A stretch of 64,000 nucleotides of DNA from a virus. Its lineage: Duplodnaviria > Heunggongvirae > Uroviricota > Caudoviricetes. The notes below the pieces were generated by a model. The model saw nothing but the letters and a program-made list of their open reading frames with translations, did not search any database and was not told the origin of the DNA. The first letter of the stretch is position 1; every line of letters starts with the position of its first letter. Made by a program: the position numbers and the translations under genes. This document shows positions 28,671 through 38,087 of the stretch, one piece after another. The stretch is taken from the IMG/VR virus record IMGVR_UViG_3300011008_000003; one strand, written 5' to 3'.

Positions 28671-29076
28671 AGGTTTTTACGAGAGGACCAAGACTCTTGA
28701 AATACATGTCATATGCATTCGGGTCGATAAGTTTGTAACCATCGACTTCGAGAGGTCTTCTGCCTTCGAATGAGAAATAGGTAGAACAGCTTAATAGAGA
28801 CAATTCTACAGGAACTTCCGCGACATAGAGATGTAAATCCTTATACTTGGTATAAAGGAACATTCCGCAGTCGTACAGGTCTTCTTTAGCCAACGTGATA
28901 TTGGCTTCTTCTTTTAGTTCACGAAGTGCTGCGTCGATATGGGATTCGTTACCTTCGACATGGCCTTTCGGAATATCGTAATTACCAGGTCTCCAAGGAT
29001 GGCATGACGGATGACATGCCAAGAGTTGACCGGTAATCTTATCAATGATTATAACACCACAACTTATAGCTTTCAT
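28624..29076 (-). CDS. Nudix hydrolase
   Basis: Nudix box GHVEGNESHIDAALRELKEEANI (Gx5Ex7REUxEExGU) at residues 37-59. Confidence 0.75.
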   Translation of the reverse strand: MKAISCGVIIIDKITGQLLACHPSCHPWRPGNYDIPKGHVEGNESHIDAALRELKEEANITLAKEDLYDCGMFLYTKYKDLHLYVAEVPVELSLLSCSTYFSFEGRRPLEVDGYKLIDPNAYDMYFKSLGPLVKTCVERYKEFGKNEAGR

Positions 29077-29135
29077 AACAGTAAATATAGCAATTTATTT
29101 GCTAGCTAGAAATAAAATGAAAAATATCCAAGTTT

Positions 29136-29333
29136 TTAGAAACGTATGACAAAATTCAACACATACGTATTGTCGATGAGCCTAAGCCAGTTAGGTTCAA
29201 TTTCGAAATAGCTGTACTTGATAGTACGAGTATTCCACCAGTCGATTTCCTTACAAAAATCGTCCGTAAAAAACTTAGAACATGCGAAAGACATGCTACA
29301 GACAAATGGGATTAGAAAGATTATTTTTTGCAT
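29136..29333 (-). CDS. small hypothetical protein with N-terminal hydrophobic segment
   Basis: 65 aa; MQKIIFLIPFVCSMSFA signal-like start. Confidence 0.25.
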   Translation of the reverse strand: MQKIIFLIPFVCSMSFACSKFFTDDFCKEIDWWNTRTIKYSYFEIEPNWLRLIDNTYVLNFVIRF

Positions 29334-29803
29334 TTTTTCCTTGTCGTTTTCTTTGCTTTCTTATTTATAGGTTGCTTAGTTTTTTCCGGTTTTTTCTTAG
29401 GAACACCAGCTCCCGGCGTAGGCAATGCTGGAACAAGCTCGTCAATGTCTTTGATGTTTAGAATATTCAGAAGCTGTTGAATCTTGTTCAATGTTTCTTT
29501 CTTATGAGTCGTATAAGAGAGGTCTCGGACCATGTTCTGAAGACTGTGCATCCATCTTGAATAGTTGTGTTTCTTCAGGCTTTTGATATTGAATCCTCCC
29601 TGTAGCTTTTCCTCGTTAGGATAGGCTTTGGCAAGGAGATGGTGAGCCACGACGTGTTCTTTGGGCGTCAGATATATTATGTTCGCTGGAATATCCGGAC
29701 CGCCTAAACCGCGAGGAACGATATGGTGTTTCTCGTAAATGACGGATTCTTTGCGTCCTGCCGCTTTGGCGATAATCTGGTAATAGATTTTAAGGTAGTT
29801 CAT
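29321..29803 (-). CDS. free-standing HNH endonuclease
   Basis: EKHHIVPRGLGGPDIPANIIYLTPKEHVVAHH HNH core and a Lys-rich basic tail. Start placed at the internal Met MNYLKIY (ATG at 29803) because the tracked N-terminal extension overlaps the divergent late promoter. Confidence 0.65.
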   Translation of the reverse strand: MNYLKIYYQIIAKAAGRKESVIYEKHHIVPRGLGGPDIPANIIYLTPKEHVVAHHLLAKAYPNEEKLQGGFNIKSLKKHNYSRWMHSLQNMVRDLSYTTHKKETLNKIQQLLNILNIKDIDELVPALPTPGAGVPKKKPEKTKQPINKKAKKTTRKKCKK

Positions 29804-29853
29804 ACATAATATATAATATTTGTTTTTAAAATATAGAAAATAAATGGAAATCT

Positions 29854-29861
29854 TATAAATA
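29854..29861 (+). promoter_or_regulatory. TATAAATA late promoter
   Basis: Exact box 26 nt upstream of the ATG at 29888, with GAGGA RBS. Confidence 0.5.
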
Positions 29862-29887
29862 ATATAAAATAATTTGAGGATTTCTAA

Positions 29888-31147
29888 ATGAATATATTTG
29901 AACAAGCCGCAGCCTTCCTCGACGACGAAATCTTGCTGGAAGGTAAATTAAAATCTAAGTATTCTTCAGTTAGTAACCGTACCGATAAGTTTTTTGATAT
30001 TCTTGAACGTCCGGCGACTAAGATTTTGGACCTTAAGAGCGACCGTCATAGGGAAGCAACGAATATCGACGTGATTCGTCGCCAGATGTACGAGCTCAAG
30101 CGTGAATATGACCGTACTCCGGCATGCCAGAGCAACAGGTTTATTAACGGTTTCATGCAGGTCATGGATATTATTATGGATAACCTTGAAGATGGTGATA
30201 CTGACTATATCTATGCCGCAAAGTGGCCTCAGTTAATGAACTGGATTAAGGACAATGCACAGCGTATCGAAGGTAACTATACCAACGAAGCCGTTATTGC
30301 TAAGCTCGCTGGCGAATATATAACCAAGGTTGCTCGTCCTGCATTGCAGAAGTTCAAGACTGTCGAAGGAAAGAAACAGCGTAAGTCCGCTCGTGTTAAC
30401 GTTAAGACTATGCTTGATAATCCGGAATTCCAGCAGGTTCTTATTAACCGTTCTGAAGGCCGTTTCGATCTTCGTAAGAACGAAGGTTCTCGTCCGCCGG
30501 TCATTATTGATAACGTCAAGCATCTTACTTTGAATTTCCGTAACTACGAAGAACTTAACGAAATTCTTGCTGCCAAGGATGAAAACGAACTTTATAACGT
30601 CGTTAAGAACCAATTTGACTCTCCGTCTGGTATCTATCACGGTATTACTGATACGACTATTCCTGAAGGTATCGAATTCCAGTATCAGAATGATGCACTT
30701 GCAGCTTGTGACTGGGGCTTAAAGGATAAGGTTGTTGAACGTATTCTCCGCCGTGGTACCTATTATAACTCTGACAAGTCTAAGGTTATTCTTTTTGTCA
30801 ATAACGGTGAATCTCTTCGTAGTGAATTCGACGTTGGTGAAGAAGAATCCAGATATGTCAACGAATTCGCAAGCCATAACAACGAACTGTATATCGCTTT
30901 GAACCGTAATGACCGTTTCAATAAGCTCTATACGAATCAGGATGTGAAGTTTGACGTATTCGAAATTGTTCAGGGAGAAAACAGTCAGGTTTATATTTCT
31001 CGCGGTACATACGTTCTTGATACAATCGATGACGAACGAATCAAGTATGTACGTGAAAAGGAAACAATTGAACGTGACGGCACAGGTGCAAGTGAAACTG
31101 TCGCTGAATCCGTCATGAACCTGGCGGCAAACTTGCTGATTGACTAA
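29888..31147 (+). CDS. hypothetical late protein (419 aa)
   Basis: Late promoter plus RBS; no motif recognised. Confidence 0.5.
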   Translation: MNIFEQAAAFLDDEILLEGKLKSKYSSVSNRTDKFFDILERPATKILDLKSDRHREATNIDVIRRQMYELKREYDRTPACQSNRFINGFMQVMDIIMDNLEDGDTDYIYAAKWPQLMNWIKDNAQRIEGNYTNEAVIAKLAGEYITKVARPALQKFKTVEGKKQRKSARVNVKTMLDNPEFQQVLINRSEGRFDLRKNEGSRPPVIIDNVKHLTLNFRNYEELNEILAAKDENELYNVVKNQFDSPSGIYHGITDTTIPEGIEFQYQNDALAACDWGLKDKVVERILRRGTYYNSDKSKVILFVNNGESLRSEFDVGEEESRYVNEFASHNNELYIALNRNDRFNKLYTNQDVKFDVFEIVQGENSQVYISRGTYVLDTIDDERIKYVREKETIERDGTGASETVAESVMNLAANLLID

Positions 31148-31515
31148 ATACTGTATAAATCCGTATCGGAATCAATTTGAGGAGTATTCTTATTAGGGTA
31201 CTCCTTATATTGTTCAAATGACGGAAGCTGACTATTCAGCATATCTGCGATTCTTTCCATTTGTTCAACTGACCTCAGTTGGACAATTTCTTTTCCGCAT
31301 TTAATTAAGTCGCCGAGACCAAGATAGATACAACATTTACGGTCTACTTCCTGGTCTTCTGCCAAAGGATCACTGGAAGGAACATAAGTTTCTTTCTTGA
31401 GACAGCGGAATCTAAGCATACCCATATCAATATCGGCCTTACATACGCCGATAGCGACCGGTTCACAATATTCGCCTGGACAACCAGGGATATGTTTTCT
31501 ATATTCGATAATCAT
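31144..31515 (-). CDS. hypothetical Cys-rich protein
   Basis: 123 aa with CPGEYC, RFRC, CC and C...C pattern suggesting metal binding. Confidence 0.35.
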   Translation of the reverse strand: MIIEYRKHIPGCPGEYCEPVAIGVCKADIDMGMLRFRCLKKETYVPSSDPLAEDQEVDRKCCIYLGLGDLIKCGKEIVQLRSVEQMERIADMLNSQLPSFEQYKEYPNKNTPQIDSDTDLYSI

Positions 31516-32114
31516 GTGTTCTTATGGTTAATAGGTTCTTTGTAGTGATGAACTTCAACGGTCTTTTTAATCGTATCGACAATCATGAGGTCGAGGTTAG
31601 AAAAAGTAAAACCGTTAGAATTGATAATGTCGTATGCAGAAATACCCGGATTTCCAGTCATGTAATGATAAAGGTAACGTATAACCATGCCATGAGAAAT
31701 ACAGATAACAGCATCTGTTTTATTTTCATGGTGAATCATATTACCCATATCATGGAAGATTTCCAGTGCACGCTTTTCCATAGTGCTTGCCGGTAAATAG
31801 ACAAGACTGTCAAATTCATCCTTGGTAATTTCCCAGAACTTACGATTTCCAAGGTTCTTACATTCGAATTCCCCAAGACATTTACATACTTCCATCGGCA
31901 ATTTATCGAACAGTAACTTTGCCGTACTAATACAGCGGCGTGTTGGAGAACTTACGATAAATTTTCTAACGGCTTCCGGAATAAACTTGCCAACCCTTTC
32001 TTCCCAGTCTTCTGGTTTATCATAAAGGTTAATATCGCAGTTTTCATAACCAGGAACCATAGAACCCGAGCTGTTAGCCGAAGTCGGTGCATGTCGAATG
32101 AAGTAGAATTTCAA
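31512..32114 (-). CDS. histidine phosphatase (phosphoglycerate-mutase-like superfamily)
   Basis: N-terminal FIRHAPT (RHG-type catalytic motif) and internal ISHG motif. Confidence 0.6.
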   Translation of the reverse strand: MKFYFIRHAPTSANSSGSMVPGYENCDINLYDKPEDWEERVGKFIPEAVRKFIVSSPTRRCISTAKLLFDKLPMEVCKCLGEFECKNLGNRKFWEITKDEFDSLVYLPASTMEKRALEIFHDMGNMIHHENKTDAVICISHGMVIRYLYHYMTGNPGISAYDIINSNGFTFSNLDLMIVDTIKKTVEVHHYKEPINHKNT

Positions 32115-32183
32115 TTTTTTACCTTAAAATAAAATTTGCTATATGTAAATATAGCAAATTATTTAAAAATTGTAAGCCTTAAA

Positions 32184-33362
32184 TTAAGTGTCGAAAATTA
32201 CTGGCTGACTATCGTATTCAATCGGTTGGTCTTCGAAAGAAATCTGATTATCAATAATTGTCGCACCATTTCCGATACCTTCGGCAATAACCTTAGCAGA
32301 GCTATCATCTGCAATATAGCCGCCATAATTAATACGTAATCCAGTAACCTTTCCCATTACAGGAATGACATTATTGCTGACACCGGCCTCTACATTACCT
32401 TCAAATGTTTTTACGACAGTTGTATCGTTTAAAACTTCGAAATAAGGATTTCCATGGGCAATATTAGTTGTTTTTACGGTTAAAGTACCGAATGCAAAAT
32501 TCAAAGTATTACCGAAGTCAAAAGTATATTGACCAAGCTGTGTATCAAGCGTACCGTCGAATGTTCTGTTGATTGTATCAGTCGGGTCTTCGACATAGAA
32601 CCAGTCAGTTCTGTAATTATTACCGGAAATATTCCAGTAGCCGTGTTCATCCTTGGAATCATAACGGAATCCAAATTTATTTTCATCGACTTTAGATAAA
32701 GTCAAATAATTATTTGCGGATTTACAGATAACAGCTTGTTCATAAGAAACTGCTTCCTGCATCTTAGAATAAATAAGCGGGTCATTATAGTCGATAACGA
32801 TACAAGCATCAACGTTTTTACATTCAGTAGTTTCAACACTGTTATCGTTCTTTACGAAATATTCTGTAAATTCTGCATTAGTATCAATTAAAGAATAGAA
32901 ACGAACGCCGTTATCTTTAATATCTTTAACATAAGCTAAACCAGTAGGAACTGCGCTTGTTCCGCTAGAGCCGCTAGAGCCACTAGAACCGCTGGAGTAG
33001 GCTCCATAGGCTCTAGATCCACTGGTACCACTAGAACCGGATGCTGTTTCATAAACATAAACCGGCAAGAGCTTATTGTTTAATGCGTTTATTGTATCAT
33101 TGTATGCATGGCCGTTATCATAAATCCATGCGATACCGTTTCCGGTAGGAATATTGTTAATTGCATTGTACATTTCCGTTTTGGTAGGAAATACGTTATA
33201 AACTTCATTCTTTGTCGGAAACGTAGTAAAGAAACTATTGGCAGGAACTTTATAATTATCAATTCCAGCTTGTATAGCAGGAAAATAAGAACCAGGTATG
33301 TTCCTCAATTCTTCAATAGTTTTTACGTCATAATATGATAATTTTCTTTTTGTTACTGCCAT
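32184..33362 (-). CDS. structural protein with Ser/Gly-rich linker (tail fibre/baseplate candidate)
   Basis: SGSSGTSGSRAYGAYSSGSSGSSGSSGTS linker between two domains. Late promoter (TATAAATA) upstream on the minus strand. Confidence 0.4.
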   Translation of the reverse strand: MAVTKRKLSYYDVKTIEELRNIPGSYFPAIQAGIDNYKVPANSFFTTFPTKNEVYNVFPTKTEMYNAINNIPTGNGIAWIYDNGHAYNDTINALNNKLLPVYVYETASGSSGTSGSRAYGAYSSGSSGSSGSSGTSAVPTGLAYVKDIKDNGVRFYSLIDTNAEFTEYFVKNDNSVETTECKNVDACIVIDYNDPLIYSKMQEAVSYEQAVICKSANNYLTLSKVDENKFGFRYDSKDEHGYWNISGNNYRTDWFYVEDPTDTINRTFDGTLDTQLGQYTFDFGNTLNFAFGTLTVKTTNIAHGNPYFEVLNDTTVVKTFEGNVEAGVSNNVIPVMGKVTGLRINYGGYIADDSSAKVIAEGIGNGATIIDNQISFEDQPIEYDSQPVIFDT

Positions 33363-33380
33363 AATTAAACCTTAATATAT

Positions 33381-34616
33381 TTATAATTGCTCGTACTTAA
33401 GTGGGTTGTTTTCATAAAATACAGGAATAGAATCGTATTGTATATATGATTTTGGTTCAGGCGGTTTTTTAAAATTCAATGAAATACTGTCATTTTGATA
33501 GATATATTTTGAACCGAGAACTGTAGAGAACGCAGCAGTTAGCGATAAAAGAATAGATTTGTCGTTAAGATTATCGTTATTTTCATCAGATGTATCTATT
33601 GCACATTCTGGAATGAACGTAGAAGCGTCTCGTTCTGCTTGCAAGTAACATAAGTCAGAAGTTTCAGATGTAATAAAGATGTCATTCAATTTGCCGAACA
33701 AATCAATAAAGATAGTAGTAGCTGTACCTTTAAACAATACCAGAATACCATTAGTCTCTACCTTAAAGTCGACATCCTTTCCAATTTCAAGAGTAAAAAT
33801 TTTCGAATATGTATTCGGGTCATATTTCTTATTGGCGAAACTACCTTCAAGTTTGAATCTGAAAGTTTTTTGTCCAGAAATTTTAAACTTACGTCCGAGT
33901 TCAGATAAGTTAAAATACGTGTTCTTTAAAGTATTCGATTCAGAATCGTTTTCTAAATCAAGCTTTGCCGCTCTTACAGAGAGCCAAGGCAGGAACAGGC
34001 TATAAATGGTATTGTTTTTCTTGTCGACTTCAGACTTGTATGCCAATGGGTTAAATACGACATCCCATTGATAACGAAAATCTGAAATCTCACGTTTTGT
34101 AAATCCGTCACAGTCTTCACGTTCATCAGTACCGGATTTATCGACACGGGTCATATATTCGAAATGAATATCGGTATTGATTGTAATGATATAGTAAAGA
34201 TAACGAAGACAACGAGTAACAGGTTTCATCTGAAGTATGGTAGAGATAATCGTACTTGCCATACTGTTGAAAGACTTGAACGATATATTATTTTCTTGTT
34301 TAAGGTCGACGTCAAAACGAGAAGTCAAGAAATAATCTTTAACTGTTGCATTTCCCCAATCAGCAATACGCTGTCTAACTGCGTCCAGTTCGTCTGCACG
34401 GAACATTTCATCGCCGAGGAAGTTCTGTAAGGCATTTTGTGTACGAGGAGACCAGAGCTCAGTTATGGACGTACAGAGACCCATCAGGTTAAGAACCATC
34501 TGAATACCAGTATAAGTACCTTTTAGCTGGTTATATTCCGGCATATTCTTATAAAGATATTTTATAGTGTTGTTGGCAACAGTTTTCAGATGTTTATTAT
34601 ATGTCGGTGTTTTCAC
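33381..34616 (-). CDS. hypothetical structural protein (411 aa)
   Basis: Part of a co-directional late-gene block. Confidence 0.4.
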   Translation of the reverse strand: MKTPTYNKHLKTVANNTIKYLYKNMPEYNQLKGTYTGIQMVLNLMGLCTSITELWSPRTQNALQNFLGDEMFRADELDAVRQRIADWGNATVKDYFLTSRFDVDLKQENNISFKSFNSMASTIISTILQMKPVTRCLRYLYYIITINTDIHFEYMTRVDKSGTDEREDCDGFTKREISDFRYQWDVVFNPLAYKSEVDKKNNTIYSLFLPWLSVRAAKLDLENDSESNTLKNTYFNLSELGRKFKISGQKTFRFKLEGSFANKKYDPNTYSKIFTLEIGKDVDFKVETNGILVLFKGTATTIFIDLFGKLNDIFITSETSDLCYLQAERDASTFIPECAIDTSDENNDNLNDKSILLSLTAAFSTVLGSKYIYQNDSISLNFKKPPEPKSYIQYDSIPVFYENNPLKYEQL

Positions 34617-35917
34617 TTTTCATCCTCAGGCTTATAATACATGTAATAAAGAAATTCGTCAAAATTCGGAGTAACTTCGTAATTATACTCTTCATGAAGA
34701 TAGTCGATTAACGGAGATTCAATCTTGTCTAAATCATTGAAATTACCGATTCGTGCAATCTTTTCAAGAACGCCAATTCTGTTTCCAGTTTCCAAGCTTG
34801 TATGGCAAGTATTCAAAACATCCTGAGTAAACTTGACAAAATTTGCATAGTGTTCATCACTCAAAAATTTCGGACTGTAAGTAGCGAACTTATAAAGACG
34901 ACCATCATCGGCATAGATAAACGGACCGAGAATACCTTCAGCATATGTTTCATCACGAATAACATCGTGAATTTCTGTATTGTCAATATCAATCCAGGCA
35001 TCTACTACTACGTTTCCAGTTGTGTTGATATTCGTAACATAGAACAACATGACGCCGGTAGTTGGATCATAAGTAAATGTAGAAGTATCGAGATAACCAA
35101 TACTGCCTTCACCTAATTGAATTGTCGGAGTAATTTCTCTTAAATCAATATTTGGATTCGTTACCTTTACTAGGGTCTTACCTTCGACATTATCGCGAAT
35201 AATCATATCTTGCGGTTCTATCTCAATAAATTCGATAATGAGTGGAGTAAGATATGGATTATCACCATTACGCTTTAAATAATACCAACGGCGGTCTGTG
35301 GTAAACTTTACATAGTTAGCAGACGTGTCCCATACGATAACGGTAATCTGCTTTTCATTTAATTTCTTTACGTCAAAAGACTTGTCGATACTGAATTTAA
35401 GTTTATAGATATTTCCATTTTTTGCAAGGGAAATATTCTTAATATATTCTGAAGAAATACGACCATTCTTTTGGTTTGACGTATCTTTACGTGTCGCCTT
35501 ATAAAGAATATCTTCTTCAGTAGTACCATTTGCAATAATCAGCTGGGCAACATCCAATGGAGAATCAGATTTAAACGTAATTTCACATTTATAGTCTGAT
35601 TCGAAAACCATGTATTGAATATCAGAGCCAGCAACTTCAGGCGGAACATTGTCAACGACAATATTCTTGATTGTAGTTGAAAGATAAACAGAAAGCGGTG
35701 TAGCGTCGAAGAATATTGTTCCTACAGGATAATTATCCTTATTCTCATCGACGTCGCCACCATAAACAGTTTGATCTTTTCCTTCGGTATTCTGGGTAAT
35801 ATACTTAAAATACCAGTTTTCAGAACGTAAGCGTTCTTCGTCGATACTGTCGAACTTACGTCCGTTACCGTAACCTTCTGCGTAATTTTTTACTTCAAGC
35901 GACATTTTTAATCCCAA
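34613..35917 (-). CDS. hypothetical structural protein (434 aa)
   Basis: Overlapping stop/start with neighbours; no motif recognised. Confidence 0.4.
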   Translation of the reverse strand: MGLKMSLEVKNYAEGYGNGRKFDSIDEERLRSENWYFKYITQNTEGKDQTVYGGDVDENKDNYPVGTIFFDATPLSVYLSTTIKNIVVDNVPPEVAGSDIQYMVFESDYKCEITFKSDSPLDVAQLIIANGTTEEDILYKATRKDTSNQKNGRISSEYIKNISLAKNGNIYKLKFSIDKSFDVKKLNEKQITVIVWDTSANYVKFTTDRRWYYLKRNGDNPYLTPLIIEFIEIEPQDMIIRDNVEGKTLVKVTNPNIDLREITPTIQLGEGSIGYLDTSTFTYDPTTGVMLFYVTNINTTGNVVVDAWIDIDNTEIHDVIRDETYAEGILGPFIYADDGRLYKFATYSPKFLSDEHYANFVKFTQDVLNTCHTSLETGNRIGVLEKIARIGNFNDLDKIESPLIDYLHEEYNYEVTPNFDEFLYYMYYKPEDEK

Positions 35918-36747
35918 AGTCCGATTGTATCAAATGATTTCTTATCAAGCACGGTAAACTTGATTTTCGGCCAGTCTTTGCGGCACATACCAGCAGCACC
36001 AGACTGTAAGAAGATTTTCGTGATGATAGGTTTTTTCAGAATAATAGACTCTTGCTGCTTATTGTCTTCAGCGATATGATTATTCAATTCGACCTTATAT
36101 TTCGTTAAAAGTTTTCCACCATTCTTGACAATAAATCCGATTGCGTTCTTCAAGTCATCTGGAAGACAACAGTCGATGAATGAAACATAGTCATCAGATT
36201 CAAGAACACGAGACCTGAATAAATCGAAATCTGAAAGCAAAAGATTCTTGTCGTCGGTTACAAGGCCGATATTCTTTTCAGAAAACCATGCGTCGATATT
36301 ATGATAATTCCAAAGAAACTTCTTATAAGCGACAACCTTAAGACGCTTAATCTCATCTTTGAATAATTCAGAATATGTCAAGAAATTAGACCAAGATTCA
36401 TTTTCGTCACCCTGAACCATGGAATCGATGAATTCTTTATATGTTGGAATTCCTTCAACACGAATAAGGACATTTACTCTTTCAAGCGGGCTGTTAGAAT
36501 TCATAAAGATAGTATTCGGGTTCAACGTGACGGCATATTCTGTAGCGTTGGATATGCTTTTTAAAGTATCGATTAACATATCGTATGTAGTAGCTACATA
36601 ACCGTTTATGACTGTTCTCGAAATGACATTATCGAGCTCAGATTTCTTAAAAGGTATCGTTACCTTATTGATATTAAACGTGTCTTTATTCTGTATCATC
36701 ATTTTTATATATTTATAATAAACGCTGCCAGTGTTGACCGGCAGCAT
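35908..36747 (-). CDS. hypothetical structural protein
   Basis: Start placed at the internal Met (MLPVNTG) to remove a 62-nt overlap. Minus-strand TATAAATA just upstream. Confidence 0.4.
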   Translation of the reverse strand: MLPVNTGSVYYKYIKMMIQNKDTFNINKVTIPFKKSELDNVISRTVINGYVATTYDMLIDTLKSISNATEYAVTLNPNTIFMNSNSPLERVNVLIRVEGIPTYKEFIDSMVQGDENESWSNFLTYSELFKDEIKRLKVVAYKKFLWNYHNIDAWFSEKNIGLVTDDKNLLLSDFDLFRSRVLESDDYVSFIDCCLPDDLKNAIGFIVKNGGKLLTKYKVELNNHIAEDNKQQESIILKKPIITKIFLQSGAAGMCRKDWPKIKFTVLDKKSFDTIGLWD

Positions 36748-36769
36748 TTGATATTCTATCGCTTGACTA

Positions 36770-37258
36770 TTAGTAACCGAGTGTACCGACAATAAACGGC
36801 TTGGTATTATTCGGGAATTCAGAAAGTTCAAGCATAGTCAGCGGAATAGTCACAGTTTGAGCATAAATCTCACGGTTGACTTCTTCCTTCTTTCCGACTT
36901 TTTCGAAAAATTCTTTATGTTTTTCGTGGAGCTTGGCAAATTCTTCATCATATTCCTTTGCACACTTAGTATAGACCGGAAGGCCGTTACGCATAATGAG
37001 TTCACCCTTTTCGTTGCGGTCAGCATACTTTTCCTGAAGTTCACGTTGTGCAGACCAGACTTCCTGATATTCCGGTTCACGACGTTCATCATAAAGTTCG
37101 CCCATAAGCTTTGCGTATTCCGGCGCCATAGTTTCACAGTTCTTATAGATGAACCAAGAATACTTTGGATTGGTACCTTCAGCAAGAATCTTCGGATTGA
37201 ATTCTTCAAAAAGCTGTCTGAGGTAGAATTTACTGATTGTCACATTTTCAACTTTCAT
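36770..37258 (-). CDS. hypothetical E/K-rich protein
   Basis: 162 aa. Minus-strand TATAAATA 28 nt upstream with AAAGGA RBS. Confidence 0.4.
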   Translation of the reverse strand: MKVENVTISKFYLRQLFEEFNPKILAEGTNPKYSWFIYKNCETMAPEYAKLMGELYDERREPEYQEVWSAQRELQEKYADRNEKGELIMRNGLPVYTKCAKEYDEEFAKLHEKHKEFFEKVGKKEEVNREIYAQTVTIPLTMLELSEFPNNTKPFIVGTLGY

Positions 37259-38067
37259 TTTTTATCCTTTTTACATGGTTTTGTATTTATAATTCTTGAA
37301 TCGAGATATTCGATAAGTTTCTGACTGTAATCCTTACATAAGAAAATTTCTGACTTAGCCGTTTCTTTACATGGAATCTGAACGAGCATCATTTCACCGA
37401 TTTTCATGCTAGGACAATGCTTTTCGAGAATAGCCTTATAAAGAGAAAGCTGCATGCTATAATGGTTACAGTTACAGTCGTCTTCCGTATTGAACGGTTC
37501 TTTCATTTTCTGATAACGATTGGTATGGTCGAATTTCTTAGACGTTTTCCAGTCAAGAATAGCATAGCAATCTTTAATCTTGTTATAACAAAGGAAGTCA
37601 ATAGTTCCGACAAGACCCCAGTCGCGGTCATAAACGATAAATTCGTTTTTAATCGGAATATAACGTTCCTTCAATGTGGCAATCAATGACTTTGCCTTTT
37701 TCTTACGCCATTCGAAATCTTCGCGCATTCCTTCAAACTTATCGAGCTCGTTATAATCCGGATAAAATTCCTTATTTTGCCATTCGAATTCTGCAACACT
37801 ATGAACGGCCGTACCCAAAGTACATGCGTAATCGCCCGCCTGTTTCCATTCGGCGCGAATATCTGCCACCTGTTTTCCATAGTATTTTCCGCCGAGTTTC
37901 TGACTTGCCTTTTCGGCAATCATATCCCAGTCCTTATCCGGTTCAAGCTGACCGATAAAGGTAGTTACGGAAGTATATTTCGTACCTACTGAATCGGTAT
38001 ACTTATGCCCGACTTCTTCGAAATGAATATCGTTAAATGCATTCCATAATTCTTTATATAACTGCAT
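37255..38067 (-). CDS. PD-(D/E)XK family nuclease (RecB/Cas4-like) with C-terminal Cys cluster
   Basis: GTAVH...E...VGTIDFL...AILDWKTSKK D/ExK core. Four C-terminal cysteines (CNCNH...C...C) reminiscent of Cas4/AddB Fe-S nucleases. Confidence 0.5.
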   Translation of the reverse strand: MQLYKELWNAFNDIHFEEVGHKYTDSVGTKYTSVTTFIGQLEPDKDWDMIAEKASQKLGGKYYGKQVADIRAEWKQAGDYACTLGTAVHSVAEFEWQNKEFYPDYNELDKFEGMREDFEWRKKKAKSLIATLKERYIPIKNEFIVYDRDWGLVGTIDFLCYNKIKDCYAILDWKTSKKFDHTNRYQKMKEPFNTEDDCNCNHYSMQLSLYKAILEKHCPSMKIGEMMLVQIPCKETAKSEIFLCKDYSQKLIEYLDSRIINTKPCKKDKK

Positions 38068-38087
38068 ATATCATCCTTTCTTTAAAC

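Noticed and set aside
29804-29905. N-terminal 34-aa extension of the HNH ORF (MFKYIHLEILKLFYIIYK...)
   Set aside because: It overlaps the TATAAATA promoter and RBS of the divergent gene at 29888 and is Ile/Tyr/Lys/Phe low-complexity. The internal Met gives a normal-sized HNH protein.
32950-33040. Short tandem gctagagcc / ggtaccact repeats
   Set aside because: They encode the Ser/Gly linker (SGSSGTSGS...) of a structural protein. They are not a CRISPR array or a non-coding repeat.
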